IMG/VR virus record: IMGVR_UViG_3300020202_000001 | Location: 124,001-188,000 of that record | DNA length: 64,000 nt | Direction: 5' to 3' (one strand) | In this document: piece by piece, positions 37,076-45,066 of the stretch | How the letters are laid out: every line of letters begins with the position of its first letter | How positions within the stretch are numbered: position 1 is the first letter of the stretch | Made by a program: the position numbers and the translations under genes | Notes under the pieces: generated by a model | Databases searched by the model: none | What the model saw: only the letters and a program-made list of their open reading frames with translations | Told to the model about the DNA's origin: nothing

Positions 37076-39247
37076 ATGTGGATCAAGCGAGCGCTCTTCA
37101 GGAACATCGGCCGCCACCGCGAGCTGGACATCTACTTCCAGCGCGGGCTGGTGGGGATCTTCGGCCCGAACGGGTGGGGCAAGTCCACGATCGTCGACGG
37201 GATCTACGCCTGCCTGACGAACGACTGGAGCCGGTTCGCCGGCGTGAAACTCGACAACATCCGCGACACGGCCGACCCCGATGAGGAGTCGAGCATCACG
37301 GTCTGGGGCGAGCACGGGGACGTGCCGTTCGAGGTGTTCCGCCGCCTCCGCCGGGCCGAGAGCGAGAAGCGGAAGAAGGGCCTCCGCAAGGACAACGAGC
37401 TGATCGTCGACGGTAAGACGTTCGACAAGGACGAGGACATCAGGCGTGAGCTGACGGTACGCCTCGGCGTCAACCACAAGCTGATCGGCACGCACGTCTT
37501 CGTGGCCCAGCGGGAGATGTTCCGGTTCGTCTCCGACACCCCGGGCGACCGGGCGGCGACGTTCCAGATGCTCTGCGGGACCGAGAAGGCCAAGCAGATC
37601 GTCGACGCGATCGAGGCCCTGCTGGAGCAGGACAAGGAGCTGCTGGTCGTCGTCGACGACAACAGCGACGAGATCAACGCCCGCATCGGCGGCCGGGCGG
37701 TCGAGCTGCAGGCGGCCAAGGAGGAGCTGGCGGCCGCCACGGCGCTGCTGCTGCCCAAGAAGCGGCGGCTACTTTCAAAAACCGTTATTGAGAAGCGGCA
37801 GGCCTGGCGGCGGGCGGTCAAGGCGATCACGGCCCTGAAGCCGACGATCGTCGCGAGGAAGAAGGAGGTGTCGTCGGCGGAGCTGAAGTACACGGTGACG
37901 TCCACGGAGCTGAACGCCCTCGCCGCCGCCTTCAAGCGGGACAAGCCGCTGGCAGAGGAGGCTCGGGCCACGCTGAAGCGGATCACCGAGTACAACGAGC
38001 GACAGGAGGTGCAGGGCAACATCGAGCGGCGGCTGGCCGACGCCCGGACGAAGGTGAAGGAGCTGGGCGACCGCCCGCCCCTCCACGCGTCGGACGACAA
38101 CCGCGAGCGCCTCGTCGAGGAGCGGGGCACGCTGCGGGTGGAGTACCGGGAGAACAAGACGCTCCTGACCACGTTCGCGATCGAGGGCGTGGTGAAGTGC
38201 CCGACGTGCGGCACGAGCGTCCGGGACCTCGACGAGCACCTGCGGCTCGTGAAGGTCAAGCAGCCCAGGCTCAAGGCGCGGGGGCTGAAGCTCGCCAACT
38301 TGATCGAGGCGATCGACGCGGCCCGCGCGGCCCGGGAGGCGTACGACAAGGAGCGGCGGAAGGCGGACGCGAAGGTCTCGGAGTACGAGGCCCTGCTGAA
38401 GCACGCCAAGGTGAGCGATCCGCCGAAGGGCGACGCCAAGGCTCTGCAGCGGGTGGTCGACGACTTCGATGCGTTGGAGAAGAAGTACGACAAGGCCCGG
38501 CAGGTGAACGGCGATGCCGTCACCGCCGTGTCCACGGCCAAGGCCCGGCACGACGCCGTGGTCCAGCAGCGGGCGGACCTCCGGGTCGAGCGCGACGGCA
38601 ACGTCGTGACCGACGAGGAGCTGGAGCGTGCCAAGAAGCGGATGGCCCGCCACGAGGCGGCCAAGGTCAACGTCGCCGCCCTCAAGCAGAAGGTCGAGGG
38701 GATCGAGGCGGCCCAGGCCCAGGACGTCGAGGAGCTGGAGCGGCTCAAGGCGAAGCTGGCCAAGAACAAGAAGGCCCACCAGTTCGCGGCGAAGCTCAAG
38801 AAGATCGCCGAGGTCATGCACCGGCAGGCCCTGCCGCAGATGGTGGCCCAGTCGAACCTCCAGGACATGGAGGGCGACATCAACAAGATCCTCGACATGT
38901 TCGGCAGCCCGTTCTGGGTCGAGACGGCGGAGGACCTGACCTTCACCGTCCACTTCCCGGGCGAGCCGCCGCGCAACGCCCAGCGGCTCAGCGTCGGGCA
39001 GAAGGGCGTGCTCGCGATGGCGTTCCGCCCCGCGATCTCCGCCCTGTTCGACGCCGAGATCGGCATGATGACGCTGGACGAGCCGACCGCCGACATGGAC
39101 GAGCGGAACCGCGGGTTCATGGCCGCGGCGCTGGCCCAGTACGCGGCCCAGGTCCGGGGCCGCCGGCAGGTGATCGTCATCACCCACGCGAACGAGCTGC
39201 GGCAGTCGTTCGACCAGGTTGTGGAGCTAGGTGCACATGGCAACTGA
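37076..39247 (+). CDS. sbcC: SbcC/Rad50-like SMC ATPase
   Basis: Walker A GPNGWGKST, Q-loop FVAQ, zinc hook CPTC between coiled coils, signature LSVGQK, Walker B TLDEPT, H-loop VITH. Confidence 0.92.
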   Translation: MWIKRALFRNIGRHRELDIYFQRGLVGIFGPNGWGKSTIVDGIYACLTNDWSRFAGVKLDNIRDTADPDEESSITVWGEHGDVPFEVFRRLRRAESEKRKKGLRKDNELIVDGKTFDKDEDIRRELTVRLGVNHKLIGTHVFVAQREMFRFVSDTPGDRAATFQMLCGTEKAKQIVDAIEALLEQDKELLVVVDDNSDEINARIGGRAVELQAAKEELAAATALLLPKKRRLLSKTVIEKRQAWRRAVKAITALKPTIVARKKEVSSAELKYTVTSTELNALAAAFKRDKPLAEEARATLKRITEYNERQEVQGNIERRLADARTKVKELGDRPPLHASDDNRERLVEERGTLRVEYRENKTLLTTFAIEGVVKCPTCGTSVRDLDEHLRLVKVKQPRLKARGLKLANLIEAIDAARAAREAYDKERRKADAKVSEYEALLKHAKVSDPPKGDAKALQRVVDDFDALEKKYDKARQVNGDAVTAVSTAKARHDAVVQQRADLRVERDGNVVTDEELERAKKRMARHEAAKVNVAALKQKVEGIEAAQAQDVEELERLKAKLAKNKKAHQFAAKLKKIAEVMHRQALPQMVAQSNLQDMEGDINKILDMFGSPFWVETAEDLTFTVHFPGEPPRNAQRLSVGQKGVLAMAFRPAISALFDAEIGMMTLDEPTADMDERNRGFMAAALAQYAAQVRGRRQVIVITHANELRQSFDQVVELGAHGN
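37774..37793 (+). repeat. dispersed 20-bp site, copy 7, intragenic (TTCAAAAACCGTTATTGAGA)
   Basis: 18/20 match to copy 1 inside the sbcC coiled coil; run of rare A/T-ending codons. Confidence 0.8.
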
Positions 39248-40196
39248 GTGTCTCCGATTGCAAGTCTCGCCCGAGGGACAGGTGTGGTTCGGCGACGACC
39301 GCGAGGTCGCCGTCAACTCACGCCTGTCCCCCGAGGCGTTCGTCGCCGGCGAGCGGTTCCACGACGCGAAGCTGGTGCGGTTCCTCGGCCGGGCGGACAA
39401 CGCCGTCCTGGTCGAGGCCGTGCACCAGCACAAGGCCCGGCTGGACCCGACGCAGCGGCTGTCGCTGCCGAAGGTCCAGATCGGGAGCCCGCAGATGGCG
39501 CTGGGCAAGCGGCCCGGCGACGTGCTGCCGGGCCTGTGGCACGCCTGTGTCAGCTCCGACGTGTTCGCCAGCTGGTACGAGCTGGCGGACGCGGACTACG
39601 TCGTCTACTCGCTGGTCGCGGCCGTGCGGGCCAACGGCGGGCGGCCGGACGACAAGGCGCGGCGGATCATGTACTACCACCCGGCGTGGCCGGCGATGAG
39701 CTTCACGCCCGCCTACGACATCGACGCGTGCTGCGTGACGCTCGCGACGATCGTGGACGTGCGGTGGTTCACGCACCCGGCCAAGCCACACCGCCCGAGC
39801 AAGCTGTGGACGTACCTCGGGCTGACGCCGGAGAACGCCCGGGCGGTCTGCGGGGGCAAGCAGTACGGCGGCCACCACTACGACCGGGCGCGGACGGCGA
39901 TGCGGGCGTGGCTCGGCTTCGACCCGCTCGTCTCGCACATGCTCGAAGGGAGCCTGGCCGAGAGCGGCCCGGCGTTCCTGCGACGCATCTGCGCGACGAC
40001 GGAGGAGCGGAGCAAGGGCCTCCTGCTGGCGACGCGGAAGTACGTCCAGTTCTTCCGCGACGTGTGGGCGGCGGAGCGGTCGCAGGGCCGCCAGGCGTTC
40101 GAGCCCGAGATGTTTTTCAACACGACCGACGAGGTCACGGCGTACCGCTTACACCGGCAAACGCTGCACACGCCCGCCGAGGGCGGGCCGATTTGA
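39237..40196 (+). CDS. degenerate IS110-transposase/Nop-domain-like protein
   Basis: HPAWPAMSFTP..ACCVTLATIVDVRWF..PSKLWTYLGLTP matches the IS110 C-terminal motif (L.sipG....aa.llaeigdi.rF....kl.syaGL.P); N-terminus follows RuvC-like spacing (KVQIGSP) without the DEDD acids; overlaps sbcC stop. Confidence 0.6.
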   Translation: MATECLRLQVSPEGQVWFGDDREVAVNSRLSPEAFVAGERFHDAKLVRFLGRADNAVLVEAVHQHKARLDPTQRLSLPKVQIGSPQMALGKRPGDVLPGLWHACVSSDVFASWYELADADYVVYSLVAAVRANGGRPDDKARRIMYYHPAWPAMSFTPAYDIDACCVTLATIVDVRWFTHPAKPHRPSKLWTYLGLTPENARAVCGGKQYGGHHYDRARTAMRAWLGFDPLVSHMLEGSLAESGPAFLRRICATTEERSKGLLLATRKYVQFFRDVWAAERSQGRQAFEPEMFFNTTDEVTAYRLHRQTLHTPAEGGPI

Positions 40197-40221
40197 CGCC
40201 CCTCTAACACGGCTGTAACAT
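40193..40221 (+). promoter_or_regulatory. sigma70-like promoter of the RAMP-like gene
   Basis: TTGACG-17 nt-TAACAT. Confidence 0.65.
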
Positions 40222-40284
40222 GCTGTCGCGAATGGCATCGCGCACGGAACGCGCGGTTCGGCGGCACAGCCAAGGACGGCTGGA

Positions 40285-40815
40285 GTGCGAGAACTAACTG
40301 TCAGGATCAGGTTCACGAAGCACTGCCTCGGCAGGGTGCTTGACCGGTCGGCGGCGGACGGGCGAATGGTCTTCGCCCGCACCCCGGACGCCCACGTCAT
40401 GTTCCCCGCGAGCTGGCATGCCTCGAACATGGTCCTCGCGGCGAAGTTGCTCGGGCGGCATCAGGGCTCGGTACGCAAGATCCTCTGGGACCCCGAAGTG
40501 GACTGCGTGACCCGGCCCGACCGGTGGTTCAAGCGGTACTACACCGGCAGGGACAACAAGCGACGCTTCGCGGTACACGAGGCGTTCTTCCCCGGCCAGG
40601 TGGTGGGCCTGAACTGTGCGGTCCCGTCCGAGGTGTCCGACGACGACCTCGTGCAGCTGATGAACATCGCCGGCCGGTACAAGGGCCTGAGCCCGTGGGA
40701 CCCCGGCGAGTACGGACAGTTCCAGGTGGAGTCGATCGCGTTGCGACGAGGGCCGGCAATCCCTCCCGCCGCGACACAGAAGGAGAGCGAACAACAGTCA
40801 AACGTCAGCGCATAA
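40285..40815 (+). CDS. stand-alone RAMP (Cas7/Csm3-like RRM) protein
   Basis: Beta1 LTVRIRFTKHCLG, F.R....VMFPAS..LAA, HEAFFPGQVVGLNC, and terminal Gly-rich loop LMNIAGRYKGLSPWDPGEYGQFQV. Confidence 0.65.
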   Translation: MRELTVRIRFTKHCLGRVLDRSAADGRMVFARTPDAHVMFPASWHASNMVLAAKLLGRHQGSVRKILWDPEVDCVTRPDRWFKRYYTGRDNKRRFAVHEAFFPGQVVGLNCAVPSEVSDDDLVQLMNIAGRYKGLSPWDPGEYGQFQVESIALRRGPAIPPAATQKESEQQSNVSA

Positions 40816-40819
40816 AGAA

Positions 40820-40853
40820 GGCCTTCGACCGGCATCGAAGGCCCTCTCGTTCT
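40820..40853 (+). terminator. hairpin after the RAMP gene
   Basis: GGCCTTCGA-CCGGCA-TCGAAGGCC followed by CTCTCGTTCT. Confidence 0.55.
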
Positions 40854-40923
40854 AGGAGGTAGCTACCCCTGCGGGCGTCCACCGAAGGTTTCCAACGCCC
40901 ACATCATAGCGCCCTCCTGAACG
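40848..40923 (+). ncRNA. candidate structured RNA (long stem with internal loops)
   Basis: Nested pairings CGTTC/GAACG, AGGAGG/CCTCCT, GCTA/TAGC, GGGCGT/ACGCCC, ACC-GAA-GGT. Confidence 0.35.
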
Positions 40924-41003
40924 CAATGCAATACGAGTCAAGCCCCCGCGTGCGCGAAAAACGCCGTGCCGGGTCTCCGCGTCCAGGTTGAGGGCACTAC
41001 GCA

Positions 41004-42548
41004 ATGGCAGAAAAACCGCAGATAACGCTGCTCAAGAGCGGCAACCGGCTGGTCGTCGCCCCTACCCCGACGCAGGTCAGGGAGGTGCTCGAAACGAAGC
41101 TGAGCTTCACCGCGAAGCACATGCTCTACGGTGCCGAGCGGTTCGAGGAAGGCAACAAGGGCAAGCGGTTAGAGCTGATCGACTACCAGTGCTACTTCCT
41201 CGATCACAAGAACCGCATCGCGACCAGCCTCGGCTTTTACCACCGCATCACCAAGGCCCTGAAGGCCCGCGGCTACCCGGTCAGGATTAAGGACCTGACG
41301 CCCCCGGCAAAGCCTGAGATCTTCGTCCCCCGCTGGAACCGCGTTCTCGGCCCCGACTCCGGCATCAAGCTGCGGCACGGGCAGAAGGAGTTCCTGGAGT
41401 GGTTCGTCGCCCAGGTGCAGGCCGGGCTCCCCGGCCGCGCCGACGCCCCGCCCGGCTACGGCAAGAGCTTCCTGATCGGCCTCGCGGCCATGCTCTTCCC
41501 GAAGGCCAAGATCCACTACACGTCCAAGCGGGCCAGCGTCATGCGGGACCGCATCTTCCCCGAGCTGTGCGGGATGCTCCCCGACGTCGGCCTGGTCGGC
41601 GGCGGGGTGCGGAAGGCCGGCTGTCGCGTGCAGGGGTACACGTTCGACTCGCTCCACCACAGCGACGGCAAGTGCGACATCCTCTTCACCGACGAGTGCC
41701 ACGAGGCGGCGGCGGACGACGCGGCCGAGCAGCTGGCGAAGTACGACGAGAGCCTGAACTACGGGTTCAGCGCCACGCAGGACATGCGGATCGACAACAA
41801 GGACCTCCGCGTCGAGGCCATGTTCGGGCCGGTCGGCTACAAGATGACGTACCAGACCGCCGTGAAGCACGGGCTCGTCGTGCCGCTCGAAGTGCGGTGG
41901 CGGAACGTGCGGATGGACATGGACCCGTGCGAGGGGATCGAGGACTCGGTCGAGCGTAAGCGGTGGGGCATCTGGCGGAACCGCCACCGCAACCAGCTGA
42001 TCGCCAAGGACGCGCGGAGCCACCCGGACCAGCAGGTGCTCGTCACCTGCGAGACGATCGAGCACGCGCTGGCCCTGAAGCGCGAGATGCCCGAGTTCAC
42101 GCTCGTGTACGCCGCGCGGGACATCTCGTTCGAGAAGCGACGCTACTTCCGCAAGCTGGGCCTGTGGCCGAAGAAGGGCCTCAAGCAGATGACGGAGGAG
42201 CGCAAGCAGAAGCTCACCCGCCTGTTCGAGCGGGGCAAGCTGCGGAAGGTGATCGTCACGACCGTCTGGAACGTCGGCGTGTCGATGAACCACCTCGAAG
42301 TCCTGGTGCGGGCCGACGCCGGCGGCAGCCCGATCATGGACACGCAGATCCCCGGCCGCGTCAGCCGCACGAACAAGGCGATCGGCAAGAAGCAGGGCGT
42401 CATCTACGACTACAAGGACCAGTTCAACTCCGGCTTCAAACGGAAGAGCGGCAGCCGCCGCTCCAGCTACGTCGGCAACGGCTGGACCCAGGTCGACCCA
42501 GGCACGAAACCCGGCGAGAAACTGCAGCACCGGCTGTGGGAGGATTGA
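41004..42548 (+). CDS. superfamily 2 DExH helicase (UvsW/XPB-like)
   Basis: APPGYGKS, FTDECH, FSAT, TTVWNVGVS, QIPGRVSR, IYDYKD. Confidence 0.9.
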   Translation: MAEKPQITLLKSGNRLVVAPTPTQVREVLETKLSFTAKHMLYGAERFEEGNKGKRLELIDYQCYFLDHKNRIATSLGFYHRITKALKARGYPVRIKDLTPPAKPEIFVPRWNRVLGPDSGIKLRHGQKEFLEWFVAQVQAGLPGRADAPPGYGKSFLIGLAAMLFPKAKIHYTSKRASVMRDRIFPELCGMLPDVGLVGGGVRKAGCRVQGYTFDSLHHSDGKCDILFTDECHEAAADDAAEQLAKYDESLNYGFSATQDMRIDNKDLRVEAMFGPVGYKMTYQTAVKHGLVVPLEVRWRNVRMDMDPCEGIEDSVERKRWGIWRNRHRNQLIAKDARSHPDQQVLVTCETIEHALALKREMPEFTLVYAARDISFEKRRYFRKLGLWPKKGLKQMTEERKQKLTRLFERGKLRKVIVTTVWNVGVSMNHLEVLVRADAGGSPIMDTQIPGRVSRTNKAIGKKQGVIYDYKDQFNSGFKRKSGSRRSSYVGNGWTQVDPGTKPGEKLQHRLWED

Positions 42549-42551
42549 CCC

Positions 42552-43370
42552 GTGGAGGCAACCTTGAAACGACGCAGGCGGGCCGGCGGCGCTGACCGCG
42601 GCCTGGAACAACTGGCGACGCTGCTGCTGCGCACCTGGCAGGTGGAGCTGCAGCGTTACCTGAGCATGGGCCGCGAGCCCGACGACGTCGCCGACCCCGA
42701 CGACGTCGTCCGCCACCTGACCGACACGTCGGGGGCGAGGCGGCAGCGGCGGATCGACAACCTGACGGAGAACATCGAGCTGGCCCCGGCCCGCGCCCGG
42801 GTCGACCGGTCGACGAGCCTGTGGATGGACGTCGCCCGGATCGTGGTGCGGAACCGGTTCGACCCGGAGCGGTTCGTGCGGCGGCAGTTCGCCGTGCTGT
42901 CGCCCCGGATGCCGACCGAGAAGCGCAGCCGGCTCCCGCAGCCGGAAATGCTCAAGAGCGAGCGGGCGATCAAGAACTACAAGGCCGGGCACGGCGTCTC
43001 GATCACTGAGATCCAGGCCGCCTTCAAGTCGCAGCTCTCCCGGTTCAAGGTGCAGGTCGCGGTCCTCGGGCAGTCGCGGTTCTACAACCTCGACAGCGAG
43101 GGGACGTGGATCGCGGTGCTGACCAACGAGGAGGAGCCGCTGTCGGCGCTGTTCCGGTACTGCACCGCCCGCCGCATCCTCAAGCAGGCGGGGCTCAAGC
43201 AGCGGGCGAAGTTCAAGGAGATCGCGGCCACCTACCGGACGGCGGCGGCGATCCAGTACGTCTTCGAGGCGGACGAGTACGACGAGATCTGGAAGGACCA
43301 CCTGCCCGAGGGCTGGTCCGAGAAGGCCCAACGTATCTACCGCAGCTTTTACGGCTTCAACGACGAGTGA
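42552..43370 (+). CDS. hypothetical protein in replication block
   Basis: GGAGG RBS; typical codons. Confidence 0.7.
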   Translation: MEATLKRRRRAGGADRGLEQLATLLLRTWQVELQRYLSMGREPDDVADPDDVVRHLTDTSGARRQRRIDNLTENIELAPARARVDRSTSLWMDVARIVVRNRFDPERFVRRQFAVLSPRMPTEKRSRLPQPEMLKSERAIKNYKAGHGVSITEIQAAFKSQLSRFKVQVAVLGQSRFYNLDSEGTWIAVLTNEEEPLSALFRYCTARRILKQAGLKQRAKFKEIAATYRTAAAIQYVFEADEYDEIWKDHLPEGWSEKAQRIYRSFYGFNDE

Positions 43371-43384
43371 AGGAGCACGCGACC

Positions 43385-45061
43385 ATGCCCAAGCAGAGCG
43401 ACAAGAAGAAGCGGAAAGAGGGTCAGTTCGAGGACATGAAGCGGCGGCCGGCGCTCGACCAGCGGAAGAAGGAGCTGATGATGGCCGTCCTCCTCCGCAA
43501 CGAGGACGCCTTCAAGGCCACCCGGGAGATCCTCAAGCCCGAGCACTTCGGGGAGTTCGACCGCGGGTACAAGGTCGCGTGGGCGTTGGCCAACGAGTTC
43601 TACGACGAGCACGAGGCCCTGCCCGGCTTCGAGTTCCTGATGGCGGAGATCGAGGGGGCCAGCGAGGCCAACCCGAACCTGTTCAACGACGCCGAGTACG
43701 ACAAGCTCTCGTCGTTCATCGAGTACGCGTTCGACAAGGACAGCTTCGAGGCGGACATCACCCAGGACCGCGCCAGCGCGGACTGGGGCATCAAGACGGC
43801 GAAGAAGTTTCTCGACGAGCGGCTCGCCGCCAAGATGAAGGAGGTCATCCAGTCCAAGGACATGCTCCCGGCGAACCTGCCGGAGTTCATGAACCAGATG
43901 GCCGCCGAGGCGGAGCAGATCGCGTCCGTCTCTACCGAGGTCGACTTCGACCCGTTCCCCGACGACTGGCACAAGACCGCCAGCATCAAGGTCTTCTCCA
44001 CCGGCATCCCGTTCTTCGACGAGTTCCTCGGCGGCGGCCACGCGCCGGGCGAGGTGTACGGGCTGATGGGGCCGTACGGGTCGTGCAAGACGACGATCGC
44101 GTCGATGCTGATCGTCGAGGCGGCCAAGGCGTTCTACCAGGAGCACCTGCTCGACCCGAGCCAGCCGCCCAAGCTGGCCGTGATCGCCTGCTACGAGGCC
44201 CGCAAGCCGGAAATGCGGAACCGGACGCTCGGGTACGCCGCGATGATCCGCCGGGCGACGATGGAGGCGATGGCCCCGGACAAGCCGCTGGAGCTGGCCG
44301 GGTTCTCGACCTCCGACAAGCTGAAGAAGTACGAGAAGCGGATCTGGCGGGCGAAGATCAACAACGGCGAGAAGGTGGCCGGGGAGCTGGAACGCGTCAT
44401 GGACGCGCTGACCTACCTCCGCCGGCACATGGTCGTGCTGGACATGACCGGCCACGAGACGAAGGGCGTGGGCAACGGCGGGATCAAGGAGGTCTCGCAG
44501 ATGATCTCCAACGTCTGCCGCCAGCGGAAGGCCAAGTGCGGCCTGTTCGTGATGGACTACGTCGGCGCGATGGTGAAGCGGTACATGGGCGGCAACGACG
44601 TCGAGACGAGCGAGCTGCGGCACCTGATCGGCGGGGCTCCCCTGACGATCAAGAGCCAGATCGGCGACGTGTTCGACTGCCCCTCGTACGCCCTCCACCA
44701 GCTCGCCGGCGAGGCCAACAGCTTCGGGTCGGCCGTCCTGGCCGACCACACGAACGCGGCGGAGTCGAAGAGCTTCGCGGAGAACCTCGACTTCAGCTTC
44801 TCGATCAGCAAGCCGCAGGACCCCGACGCGGTCGCGCTGTTCGGCTGCACGAAGCACCGCCGCCAGCCGGGGCGGATGAACACGATCATCAAGATCGACG
44901 GCGGGCTCAATCGCGTGTTGTCGGCCGACGACAAGTACATGATTAACACCCACGCCCGGAAGATCATGCTGATCGCCGACGTCAACAAGCTGCCCGAGAA
45001 CTCGGCGATCAAGAAGAACAGCGCCGCGGCCGGCGGCGGGTCGGCGTCCAGCCTGGACTAG
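43385..45061 (+). CDS. dnaB: DnaB-like (SF4) replicative helicase
   Basis: ILKPEHF N-terminal motif, STGIPFFDEFLGGG..PGEVYGLMGPYGSCKT, FVMDY, LHQL, AESKSF, TKHR; AAGGAG RBS. Confidence 0.85.
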   Translation: MPKQSDKKKRKEGQFEDMKRRPALDQRKKELMMAVLLRNEDAFKATREILKPEHFGEFDRGYKVAWALANEFYDEHEALPGFEFLMAEIEGASEANPNLFNDAEYDKLSSFIEYAFDKDSFEADITQDRASADWGIKTAKKFLDERLAAKMKEVIQSKDMLPANLPEFMNQMAAEAEQIASVSTEVDFDPFPDDWHKTASIKVFSTGIPFFDEFLGGGHAPGEVYGLMGPYGSCKTTIASMLIVEAAKAFYQEHLLDPSQPPKLAVIACYEARKPEMRNRTLGYAAMIRRATMEAMAPDKPLELAGFSTSDKLKKYEKRIWRAKINNGEKVAGELERVMDALTYLRRHMVVLDMTGHETKGVGNGGIKEVSQMISNVCRQRKAKCGLFVMDYVGAMVKRYMGGNDVETSELRHLIGGAPLTIKSQIGDVFDCPSYALHQLAGEANSFGSAVLADHTNAAESKSFAENLDFSFSISKPQDPDAVALFGCTKHRRQPGRMNTIIKIDGGLNRVLSADDKYMINTHARKIMLIADVNKLPENSAIKKNSAAAGGGSASSLD

Positions 45062-45066
45062 GAACT

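Noticed and set aside
39237-40196. An active IS110 insertion sequence
   Set aside because: The catalytic DEDD and Ser motifs are not recognisable, the gene is coupled to sbcC with native codon usage, and no element boundaries are visible.
31451-40815. Type IV-B CRISPR-like locus (CysH plus Cas7)
   Set aside because: The CysH-like gene is about 8 kb from the RAMP gene with unrelated genes between them, and no Csf1, Csf3 or Cas11-like genes are recognisable.
40197-41003. TIGR-type (~36-nt unit) or GGY-NN pentamer guide arrays next to the IS110-like and RAMP genes
   Set aside because: I looked on both sides by eye and found no tandem periodicity, only stem-loops. An array elsewhere in the genome cannot be excluded.
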